In this document: in pieces, positions 24,813-33,677 of the stretch | Layout of the letters: each line of letters opens with the position of its first letter | How positions within the stretch are numbered: the first letter of the stretch is position 1 | NCBI GenBank assembly: GCA_034431315.1 | Contig: DAOUDK010000034.1 | Span: forward strand, 28,053-92,052 | Length of the DNA: 64,000 nucleotides | DNA from: Anaerolineae bacterium | GTDB lineage: Bacteria > Chloroflexota > Anaerolineae > VGOG01 | Direction: 5' to 3' | Position numbers and translations under genes: made by a program | The notes under the pieces: model-generated | Databases searched by the model: none | The model's input: the letters and a program-made list of their open reading frames with translations, nothing else | Told to the model about the DNA's origin: nothing

Positions 24813-27710
24813 GTGAAAGGAGAAAGTCCTATGTTCACCCCGAAGAAATTCGCCTTACTGACCATCGTAGCCCTCTGCTTACTGGCCTGGACATTGCCCG
24901 CGTCGTGCCAAGCCGGGGCCGACGTCCCGCCCTCTCCCCTGCATCTCCCCCACGACGTGGACCGCCTGCCGGACGGCCACACCCTGATCACCGACGGCGG
25001 CCAACACGGCAGTGGTAGCAAGATCATTGAAGTAGACGCCGACGGCAACGTCGTCTGGGTATTCAACCAGGGCCTCGACTGGGCCCACAACGCCGACCGG
25101 CTTCCCAGTGGGAATACCCTCATCTCCGACACCGGCCACGACCGCGTCATTGAGATTGACGCTGCGGGGAGCATCGTCTGGAACAGCGACGACGTCACCT
25201 TCAGCGATGGCTCAGCGTTGGACTATCCCAACGATGCCAACTGGCTGCCCGGCGATCATTTGCTGATCACCGACCGCGACAACCACCGCGTCATCGAGAT
25301 CGCCCGAGACGGCGCCATCGTCTGGCAGTTCGGCGAGACCGGCGTGCCAGGCAACGACGACAGTCACCTCGGCGGCCCCCACAACGCCGACCGACTCTCC
25401 AGCGGCAACACCATCATCGCCGACTCCATCAACAACCGCATCCTGGAAATAGCACCCGACGGCAGCATCGTCTGGCAGTACCCTTCGCTTCCCCCTGCTC
25501 GCTCGCGCCTGCGCACCGGAGCTTCGTCACTTCTTGACTGGCCCCGCGACGCTGATAGGCTGTCCAACGGCAACACCCTGATCACCGACTCCCGCCACAA
25601 CCGGATCATTGAGGTGATGCCGACCGGCCAGGTGGTCTGGGAATACGATGGCCTCGAGCACCCCTACGACGCCGACCGCCTAGACAGCGGCCATACCCTT
25701 ATTGCCAGCGGCCGCGTCATCGAGGTTGATTTTGCCGGCGCCATCGTCTGGCAGTATCCGCCGGCCCCCACATCCATCCTCGCCAGCATCGTCATGCACA
25801 ACGAAGAGCCGCTTAGTGGACGGTACGCCGACTTTGTTAACGACGAGCCGGCCTTCTGGCAGCACCGGTTCGCTCTCGTCCAGTTCGTGAATATGCTCCA
25901 CGACAGCGGCGTGATGTTCAACTACCAATCGGACTGGAACTTCCTGATGGCGGCAGGGCTGTACGACACCGGCACGCCCGAGACTAACGGCAAGAACGTC
26001 GTCCGCTACATCAAAGACCTGGGCTTCGAGGTGGACCCCCACGCTCACGAGACCCAGTACAACTACGCCGACGTCGCCTACTTGATCGATGCGCTGGGTG
26101 TGACCCCGTCCCACACAGCGGGCGGCTTTCTGGCTGGCCCACCTGAGGACTCCAAGCTGGAATACCTATGGCAGCCCCTCACGGCCACCTTGTCCCCCAC
26201 CTACACCTGGCAGGCCGAGATCCTGTGGGGAGGCGCTACCTCTTTGCATCAGAATGAGGAAGCCCTCTGGGCATCCGGTGTCTGGAAGCCGAAGGACAAC
26301 GAGCACTTTATGGAGCACGACGCCGGCGCACCGCTGCCGCACGTGGGTGGCTATGGCCGCGATTGCGAGCGGCTCGTCCAGAAGCAGCAAAACGGCGAAC
26401 TGGAAGAGGACAAGATTCACACCTGCACCATTTTCGTAGGCCAAAACAAACTGCTGCAACCGGGCTTCATCCCAGGTTTTGCGCAACGAATCCAGGCCCT
26501 CGACGCCGCCGGTGATGTCCGTTGGGTGGGGCTGGCAGAGGTGATCGAGATCTGGCAGACAGAGTATGACTCAGAGCCCAACATCCTGCGCTATCTCACG
26601 CCGCCCCCGACGCCCCCGACGCCGCAGCCGCGCGTTTACCTGCCCCTGATCCTCAAATCCTTCGTCACCCCCACGCCGACGCCCACCCCGACACCAGAGC
26701 CAGGCACTTGCGATGCCATCACTCCGGTGGATAACGGCCTGTACTACCAAGGCAGCGACGATGAGTGCTGGCACAAGGAAGACCTGCCGTCCCCTCAACC
26801 CTGGTTCGAGGAGGCGATCCCGCCCGATGTGGGCTCCACGACCACGCCCCTCTACTTCGGGATAGGCGTGCACATTGAGCCGCAGGCCCAGTACATGGAC
26901 GATGTCGTGTACCAGCGGGACCGCGAGCGGCTGCGCCGCCTGGCGGAGACCGTGGCCGAGCACGGCGGGGTGCTCACCATCCAGACCCAGACTCCCTTCG
27001 ACACCAAGGCCCAGCAGTTGGGCGACGCCATCTTCGCCGACCTGGCCGCCCAGGGGCACGAGATCGCCCTGCACTTCCACGAGGACGCCCACATCCCCAA
27101 CGCCGACGACCAGCCGGTCGAGGAGTGGGTGACGACTCTGGAAGAGGAGATTGACCTCATTGAGGAGCTGAGCGGCACGGAGGTGCGCACCTGGAGCGGG
27201 GGCAACGTCTACGACCATCTGTACGAGGCAGCCGAGGCGGTGGGGCTGGAGGTCAACATGAACTACAAGAACCCCCAGACCCAGCAGTCGGACGAGCGCT
27301 ACACCATCCTCACTCCCTGGCGGCCGGCCGGCGCGTCTAGCATGGAGGAGCGCACTACCCACGACCCGGGTGGGGCGGTCATCTACATCCCGTCGGGCGT
27401 GTTCCCCGCCCATTGCGACAAACTGGAGGCCTTCCCCCGCCCCTACTGCCACGAAGCCTTCGATTACGTGACCGTGGCGCTGCGCAACTCGTTGGACGCC
27501 GTGACCGAGGGCAAGGTCAACGCTTTCTACGGCACGTTGCACCCCAGCGACTTCTTCGGGCCGGGCACTGACGAGGAGAAGCTGCAAGTCTGGGACCAGT
27601 GGCTGACGACGGTGGTGGACCCGCTGGTGGCCGATGGGCGCATCCAGTGGGCCACCATGTCCGACATCGCGGACGCGTTTGTGGCCTGGGAGGAGTCGTG
27701 TGGTGGATAA
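24813..27710 (+). CDS. secreted multi-domain protein: signal peptide, beta-propeller-like repeats, Pro/Thr linkers, C-terminal domain of unknown function
   Basis: Signal peptide with AXA-like site; repeats of the form DADRLxNGNTLITD..NRVIEI..DGSIVWQ; PTPTPTPTP linker; extended -10 TGTGCTATAAT upstream. Confidence 0.65.
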   Translation: MKGESPMFTPKKFALLTIVALCLLAWTLPASCQAGADVPPSPLHLPHDVDRLPDGHTLITDGGQHGSGSKIIEVDADGNVVWVFNQGLDWAHNADRLPSGNTLISDTGHDRVIEIDAAGSIVWNSDDVTFSDGSALDYPNDANWLPGDHLLITDRDNHRVIEIARDGAIVWQFGETGVPGNDDSHLGGPHNADRLSSGNTIIADSINNRILEIAPDGSIVWQYPSLPPARSRLRTGASSLLDWPRDADRLSNGNTLITDSRHNRIIEVMPTGQVVWEYDGLEHPYDADRLDSGHTLIASGRVIEVDFAGAIVWQYPPAPTSILASIVMHNEEPLSGRYADFVNDEPAFWQHRFALVQFVNMLHDSGVMFNYQSDWNFLMAAGLYDTGTPETNGKNVVRYIKDLGFEVDPHAHETQYNYADVAYLIDALGVTPSHTAGGFLAGPPEDSKLEYLWQPLTATLSPTYTWQAEILWGGATSLHQNEEALWASGVWKPKDNEHFMEHDAGAPLPHVGGYGRDCERLVQKQQNGELEEDKIHTCTIFVGQNKLLQPGFIPGFAQRIQALDAAGDVRWVGLAEVIEIWQTEYDSEPNILRYLTPPPTPPTPQPRVYLPLILKSFVTPTPTPTPTPEPGTCDAITPVDNGLYYQGSDDECWHKEDLPSPQPWFEEAIPPDVGSTTTPLYFGIGVHIEPQAQYMDDVVYQRDRERLRRLAETVAEHGGVLTIQTQTPFDTKAQQLGDAIFADLAAQGHEIALHFHEDAHIPNADDQPVEEWVTTLEEEIDLIEELSGTEVRTWSGGNVYDHLYEAAEAVGLEVNMNYKNPQTQQSDERYTILTPWRPAGASSMEERTTHDPGGAVIYIPSGVFPAHCDKLEAFPRPYCHEAFDYVTVALRNSLDAVTEGKVNAFYGTLHPSDFFGPGTDEEKLQVWDQWLTTVVDPLVADGRIQWATMSDIADAFVAWEESCGG

Positions 27711-27771
27711 GCGGGAAGTTATATTTAATGAACCCTTAGGGTCTCCCCAGCCACTAGCCAGAACCTGAGAT

Positions 27772-27831
27772 TACCGCTGCTGACTGCAATATTTGTGATT
27801 GCAGTCAGCAGCGGTAATATTTGCGCTTTTC
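27772..27831 (+). terminator. rho-independent terminator
   Basis: 19-bp perfect stem TACCGCTGCTGACTGCAAT / ATTGCAGTCAGCAGCGGTA with 7-nt loop, followed by ATATTTGCGCTTTTC. Confidence 0.7.
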
Positions 27832-27893
27832 TCCTGGCCGTGCTATAATATCCACCAGGAGGTGCGATCATGTTCTTGAACTGAACCCGCGAA

Positions 27894-29294
27894 TTGGGCT
27901 ATCTGGACGACCGCTACCAGCTCCGCCGGGCTGAGATCGTGGTGCTCTACGGACGACGACGGGTGGGCAAGACCGCACTCCTCTTTGAGTGGTCCGAAGA
28001 CAAGCCACGCATTTTCTTCTTCGCCCGCCGGGCCGATAAGTCCATCCTCTTGGCCGAGTTCTCCCAGGAGATACAGGCCTTTGCCACCGGTGGGGGGTAC
28101 GGTCGGGAGACCGGCCCCAGCAGTGGAGCTACGTTCACCTATCCCTCATGGGCCGCGGCCTTTCAGTCCATTGCCGAACTGGCGGCCCGGCAACGAGTGG
28201 TGGTGGTGCTGGACGAGTTCCCCTACCTGATGGAGGCCGACCCCGAACTGCCTACGCTGATTCAGCGTGAATGGGATATGCGCCTCCAGCATACCCAGGT
28301 CTTCCTGGTGCTCACCGGGTCTCTGCAAAGTGTGATTCGCCAGCAGGTGCTGGACCCGGCTGCCCCCCTCTATCGGCGGCACACCTGGCCCTTCGAGCTC
28401 AAGCCGCTTACCCTGGCCGACCTGCCGGCCTTCTTCCCTCACTACACGCCAGAGCAATTGGTAGAGACCTACGCCGTGCTGGGCGGGATGCCCTACTATC
28501 TGATCTCAGTAGACCCGGCGGCCAGTCTGATGACGAACATCAGACGGCACATCCTGGCTCCCCAGGGCAGTCTCTTTGCTGAGATCCGCCTGCAACTGCA
28601 CGAGGAACTGCGCGGCAACATCGAGAATAGCCTGGTCATCCTGCGAGCCATTGCCAGCGGCGCCCATCGCCGGGCCGAGATCGCCCGGCTGTCCGGCCTT
28701 CCCACCCGGTCCACCGATCATCACCTGACAACGCTGGTGGATCTAGGCATCCTGGAATATCGCCAGGCGGTGGGGCGCATCCGCAATCCCAGGCGATGGG
28801 GCACCTACCACCTGCGCGATCCCTTCTTCCGCTTCTGGCACCGATGGGTCTTACCTCACGAGGACTACCTGACCATCGGCCGCCGCCAGGATGAGGTGGC
28901 CGACCAGATCCGACGGGCCATGCCCCATATTGTAGCCCCGGTGTGGGAAGAAGTTGCACGCCGACACCTGCTGGTGGCATCGGCTGAAGGCGCCATCCCC
29001 ATCCACTTCGAGGAGATCGGGTCGTGGTGGAGTGGCCAAGCTCAAATTGACGTGGTGGGCGTCAATAGGGCCGAGCGCAGGGTGCTTTTTGGCGAGGCCA
29101 AATGGACACGTGAGCCCCTGACCGAGGGCGTGCTGGATACGCTGATTGACCGGAGCAACCGCTGGCTGGGTGGTGACACCGGATGGGACGTACACTACGC
29201 CCTCTTTGGCCGGGAGTTCGGCCAGGTGCGGGAGCGAGCGGGCCAGGAGCCAGGCATCTACTTCTTCACGCCGGCCGACATCGTGAAGGCGTGA
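27894..29294 (+). CDS. archaeal-type AAA+ ATPase (Arch_ATPase + DUF234)
   Basis: GRRRVGKTALL Walker A, VVVLDEFPYL Walker B; in-frame upstream ATG (27870) separated by a TGA codon (see findings). Confidence 0.7.
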   Translation: MGYLDDRYQLRRAEIVVLYGRRRVGKTALLFEWSEDKPRIFFFARRADKSILLAEFSQEIQAFATGGGYGRETGPSSGATFTYPSWAAAFQSIAELAARQRVVVVLDEFPYLMEADPELPTLIQREWDMRLQHTQVFLVLTGSLQSVIRQQVLDPAAPLYRRHTWPFELKPLTLADLPAFFPHYTPEQLVETYAVLGGMPYYLISVDPAASLMTNIRRHILAPQGSLFAEIRLQLHEELRGNIENSLVILRAIASGAHRRAEIARLSGLPTRSTDHHLTTLVDLGILEYRQAVGRIRNPRRWGTYHLRDPFFRFWHRWVLPHEDYLTIGRRQDEVADQIRRAMPHIVAPVWEEVARRHLLVASAEGAIPIHFEEIGSWWSGQAQIDVVGVNRAERRVLFGEAKWTREPLTEGVLDTLIDRSNRWLGGDTGWDVHYALFGREFGQVRERAGQEPGIYFFTPADIVKA

Positions 29295-29489
29295 TGCGTG
29301 AGCGGTGGAGGCCATCCCCATCACTTCTGTCGAAAGACCCTCTATTCCAGTCAGTGCAGCGGCATGATCAACTTCTTGCTTTGCGTTTGAGAATCAAGGG
29401 CCGGCGCCAACTTGTCTCTACAGACAAAGTGTGCTATACTTGGTTTGTCGGTCACTATCTCCCAGCAGGTAAACCATAGGAGCCGCACT

Positions 29490-29681
29490 GTGTCCAGGTG
29501 GACAGCCCATGACCGCTACGGCAACGAAATCTACATGACGCAGGAACGATGGGACTACATTCTTCGCTATCACGATGAACTCGATGGTCTCTTGAAAGAA
29601 TACACCTGGCCTACGAAGAGGTGGGCGATATCCTTGAGATCGTGTTCGGCGACGTCAAGGCCACATGTGCCGTCGAACTGA
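29490..29681 (+). CDS. small hypothetical protein (possible 5' part of a frameshifted gene)
   Basis: GTG start with AGGAG RBS downstream of TGTGCTATACT promoter; overlaps next ORF by 61 nt in another frame. Confidence 0.3.
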   Translation: MSRWTAHDRYGNEIYMTQERWDYILRYHDELDGLLKEYTWPTKRWAISLRSCSATSRPHVPSN

Positions 29682-29965
29682 CGGACAACATCGCACTGCG
29701 TTTTCACCGTGAACAAGCCCGCGCCGCTGGCCTCACCATCCTTGACTTCTCCATTCTCGCCTCGCCGACGGAATTCGGAGTTCGCAGCTTCGCCCTCACC
29801 GGCCTGGACGACCTGCCAGAAGAGCTACGGGAGACGGTCGCGCGTATCATCACCACGCCGCCCGTCAACCTGTTCCTCAAGGTCACGACCTTCTACGCCT
29901 CCCCTGCCAACCAAATCCCCCTGACCTATGTCGAAGGCCCCAGCGAGCTGGTCCAGGTGGCATAG
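29621..29965 (+). CDS. small hypothetical protein (possible 3' part of frameshifted gene)
   Basis: 114-aa ORF continuing in +1 frame relative to the preceding ORF. Confidence 0.3.
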   Translation: MGDILEIVFGDVKATCAVELTDNIALRFHREQARAAGLTILDFSILASPTEFGVRSFALTGLDDLPEELRETVARIITTPPVNLFLKVTTFYASPANQIPLTYVEGPSELVQVA

Positions 29966-30204
29966 GCAGCATCTCCAGATATTACACTTTCTTTACAATT
30001 CCTTTACCCCTCTCTAACAACTCTGTGCTATACTGTTTGGTGAAGGTTTGGCACAAGAAACACAACACCTGGCAGTCGGCCACACCCATGCCGATCCCGA
30101 CAACAACTCCACAAGCCGGGCTGGGGGTTATCTACCTTCTATCATCCTGAAGGACGCTCACTCCGCCCCAAGGGGGCGCCAAATATAAAACTGGAGGTTA
30201 AACA

Positions 30205-30897
30205 ATGTACACCATTCGCTTGACAATTCTCATCGCTTTGTTGATCGGCACACTGGCCCTGGTCAGTTGCGGCGGCCAGCAGCCCAGCAGGACACCTGGT
30301 GGCACGCCGGTCCCGGTCACCGTCGAGGTCGGGGAAAAGGTGTCTGAATACGATGCCAGCGAGGCTATCCGCAGCTACGCCAGTAGCGTGCTTGGCATCA
30401 ACGTTACCGTGGAATGGGCTAGCGGCCAAGCTGTCACCATCACCCTGCCCAGCGAAGCGCAGGAGAGCGTGGACGCCGCCGCCACCCTGGCCGGCGCTAC
30501 CTACTACGGCATCCTCGAAGACGCGCTAGCCTCGGTCAGTCTCGGCGACGGTGAGATCAGCGGCGACATGACGGCCGACATCGAATCGGCGTCGCTGGGC
30601 GTGTTTGTGCTGACTCAGCAAGGAGCGCTACCGGCCAGTGAGGCTGATGCCCTGTCGCGGATCAAGAGCACCTTCCCAGGCATTGCCAACCTCGACTACG
30701 TAGCCAAACCGCAAGAGGGCAAGGGCTATTCCTTCCAGGCCACCACCACTACCCAGGGCCTCGATGCCAGCAGTGGGAAGATCGTCGCCGTCGCCCAGTC
30801 GGTCCTGGTCTCGGTCACTCCGGCCCTGCGCCAGAGGCGGGTGCTGGTTTGGGCGGTGGTGGCCAACGGCACGCTGACCAAGGCTCTGATGTTCTGA
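30205..30897 (+). CDS. lipoprotein, hypothetical
   Basis: Signal peptide with lipobox LALVSC; GGAGG RBS; TGTGCTATACT promoter about 170 nt upstream. Confidence 0.6.
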   Translation: MYTIRLTILIALLIGTLALVSCGGQQPSRTPGGTPVPVTVEVGEKVSEYDASEAIRSYASSVLGINVTVEWASGQAVTITLPSEAQESVDAAATLAGATYYGILEDALASVSLGDGEISGDMTADIESASLGVFVLTQQGALPASEADALSRIKSTFPGIANLDYVAKPQEGKGYSFQATTTTQGLDASSGKIVAVAQSVLVSVTPALRQRRVLVWAVVANGTLTKALMF

Positions 30898-31059
30898 GGA
30901 GTAACGAGGAACGAGTAACAAGTCAACGAGGGGTTGCAGTTTTTCGGCAAGTGACCATACTCCCCGCCTCGTTTTACAGACATTTTACAAAACGACAATA
31001 CGGCCTTAACATGGGTGTTGTATAATGGGGACGAATCCGCGGAACAGAAATGACGCGCT

Positions 31060-33085
31060 GTGAGGAATGAGATGAGGAAAACTCTGCGAGCATACTGGCC
31101 GGACCCTGCCATTGCCGTGCCAACTTCGTTGGCCTTCATCTTCGCTCTGGCTCTGGCCGTCTACAACGTCACCTTGACTCCCAGCCTCTCCTACAAGAGC
31201 GCGGACGGGAACGAGCTGGCCACGGTGTGCTACACCCTGGGCCTGGCCCACTCCACGGGCTATCCCCTCTATACCTGGCTGGGCAAGCTCTTCACCTTCA
31301 TTCCTGTAGGCGACGTGGCCCACCGGGTAAACCTGATGTCGGCGGTTCTGGGGGCGGTAGCAGTGGCATTGCTGTATCTGATCATGCTGACTATCACCAA
31401 CCGCCGTCTGCCTTCGGCCTTCACCGCCTTGCTCTTCGCCTTCTCCCTCACCTTCTGGTCGCAGGCCGTCATCGCCGAGGTCTACGCGCCGAATGTGTTC
31501 ATGATCGCCCTCACCGTGTGGCTGCTGCTGAGCCCCCCCCTCGGTCCCCCCCAACCCTTCGACCTTGCTCAGGGCAGGCTTTTTTGGGGAAGTAGGCCGC
31601 AACAGTCTGCCCCGGGCGGCCTGCTTGTTGCTCGCTGCCCTCGCTTTCGGCCTCAGCCTGGGCGCCCACCTGTCGAATCTGGGCTTTGCCCTGGCCTTCG
31701 CCCTCTACGTTCTGCTGGTTGATTGGCGGATGCTGAAGAGGCCGGCAGTGATAGGGGGTGCTTTGGCGCTTTTCCTCCTGGGCTGCTTGCAGTTCCTCTG
31801 GCTGCCCTACAAGGCCTCGACTCTGAACGACGCCTTTATGCTCCGCAACGCGCCGCGCACTTTACAGAGTATCTACCGCTATACCCTGGGCGCGTTTCCA
31901 GAGTTCAAGTTCGCCTTCCCTCTCCAGGCCATCCCCGACCGCATCGTCCTCTACCTGGAACTCCTGCGCCAGAACTTCGGCCTGGCTGGCATCGCGCTCG
32001 GCGTCTACGGGATGTGGGAGATGCTCTTCCGCCACACCAGGAAGTTCTATCTCTTCATCGCCATGTATTTGGTCCACGTTTTCTTCTTCATTCAATATCG
32101 CGTCTTCGACCTGGACGTCTTTTTCATCCCAGCGCACTTCATCTACGTGATTTTCATCGGGTATGGAGTGCACCGGCTGGTCGAGTACGTTCGCATCTTG
32201 TTGAGAAGAAAAGCTGCAGTGAACGTGGGGCTGGCCATGCTTCTCTGCCTGCCCATCGCCAGGGAAGTACAGGCCAACTACGAGAGGAACGACTACTCTG
32301 ACGAAACGGCCATCAACGATTTCTACCAGAACGCCTTCGAGATTCTGCCAGAGGGGAGCGTCCTCTTGGGTCGGGGCGGTGTCTTCGGCCACGATATGTT
32401 CTACTTCCGCCTGGTCTACGATGTGCGCCCCGACGTTTTGATGCCCCACCTCACCGATCCTCGTCCGTCGCCAGAAGATGTGAGGGGACGCGAGATCTAT
32501 ACCACCATGCGCCTCGATTTCCCCCAGGCTGGCCGCGGGCCCTGGGCGCTCCCGCCCGGCCTGGTGGAACCCGACGCCTGGCACATCCCCGTTTTGATGG
32601 GCCAGAGCGACGGCGCGATACCCGGCGGCAGGGGACGCGACTTGGTCATCTACCGGGTCAGCGCAGAGCCGCCGGAGTTGGCGGTGAGAGAAGCGGAGCC
32701 AGAGTATCAAATCGGTCAGCGGTTGGGCGGGCTGGAACTGGTGGGCTATGACCTGGACGGTGAGGAGGTAGACCGAGGCGGCCTCTTGCACCTGACTTTC
32801 TACTGGCGGGTACTGAGGCCGGAGCAAGCCCTCATCGTCACCATGCTTGGAGATGAGCCGCTGGAGGCCCACCCCTTGGGCCTGGGCAACCTGTCCCGCT
32901 ACACGCAGGAATTTCGTCCGCCACGGGACGCCATTATCGTCGAGGATTACCTGCTCGTTGTGCCCTCCCAGACGCCCGTGGGCTGGCAGACCTTGAAGGT
33001 GGGGCTACAGCATCCCTTGCGGCCTGGGCAAGGGGGCCAGTCCAACGGAGAAGTGCTTGAGATCGGGGAGATTCTCGTTACATAG
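31060..33085 (+). pseudogene. DUF2723-family membrane protein interrupted by a frameshift at poly-C tracts (authentic pseudogene, phase-variable gene, or homopolymer sequencing error)
   Basis: Two overlapping ORFs (31060..31722 and 31565..33085) together align colinearly with the 15994..19248 paralog (GYPLYTWLGKLFTFIPVGDVAHRVNLMSA ... C-terminal LHLTFYWRV repeat); the frame changes within CCCCCCCC..CCCCCCC..TTTTTTGGGG. Confidence 0.55.
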
Positions 33086-33179
33086 GCAGTTTGGAGTTTC
33101 GGGTTGAATGAACTCGAAACCCGAAATGGCTCGACTGAGCTCGCCGAAGTCTCAAAACTCGAAACTCATGGAGGTATTC

Positions 33180-33662
33180 ATGTCTAAGAGTCAGAAGTTA
33201 TTGATCAGTTTCGGGGCTTTCATCATCGTAGCCGTCATGGTCATCGGGGCTTTTTCCATGGGGATATACGTGGGGGAGAGGGGCTGGACGGCCGAACCTC
33301 CCTCGATAGCGGGTGCTGGTAGGGCTCAACCTCCGCAGGGCCAAAGGGTAGAGCCTGGCAAGCAACCTCCCGCTCCAGCGGAGCCGTTGCCGAAGGGCAC
33401 CGTCCTGAGCTTGCCGAAGGGCAAGCCCGACTTGATCGGACTCGTACAGAGCGTGGCGGGGAGGAGCGTGACCATTAAGACGGGCGAGGGGTCGCGCCTG
33501 GTGTTGGTCAGCGACGAGACGCGAGTCAGGTGGCATGACGACAGAGAGGCCAGCCTGGCCGATCTCCGACGCAACATGGCTGTCGCTGTCTTCGGCCAGT
33601 TCGGCGACGACGGCCGCACCCTCGTGGCCAACGTGATCGTCATATTGCCGCCGAAGACGTGA
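33180..33662 (+). CDS. membrane-anchored hypothetical protein
   Basis: ATG 33180 with GGAGG RBS; single N-terminal TM helix then Pro-rich region; the longer ORF-track start lies inside a repeat element. Confidence 0.5.
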   Translation: MSKSQKLLISFGAFIIVAVMVIGAFSMGIYVGERGWTAEPPSIAGAGRAQPPQGQRVEPGKQPPAPAEPLPKGTVLSLPKGKPDLIGLVQSVAGRSVTIKTGEGSRLVLVSDETRVRWHDDREASLADLRRNMAVAVFGQFGDDGRTLVANVIVILPPKT

Positions 33663-33677
33663 AATCAGTCGCAGTAG

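Noticed and set aside
27870-27884. Mini-ORF MFLN* as a regulatory leader peptide
   Set aside because: It is in-frame and contiguous with the downstream AAA ATPase, and it reproduces that family's conserved N-terminus. This is more parsimoniously a nonsense codon or readthrough issue than a leader peptide.
29966-30204. Possible riboswitch in the about 165-nt leader of the lipoprotein gene
   Set aside because: No recognisable conserved riboswitch core could be matched by eye (unlike the GEMM case). Left as an unassigned long leader.
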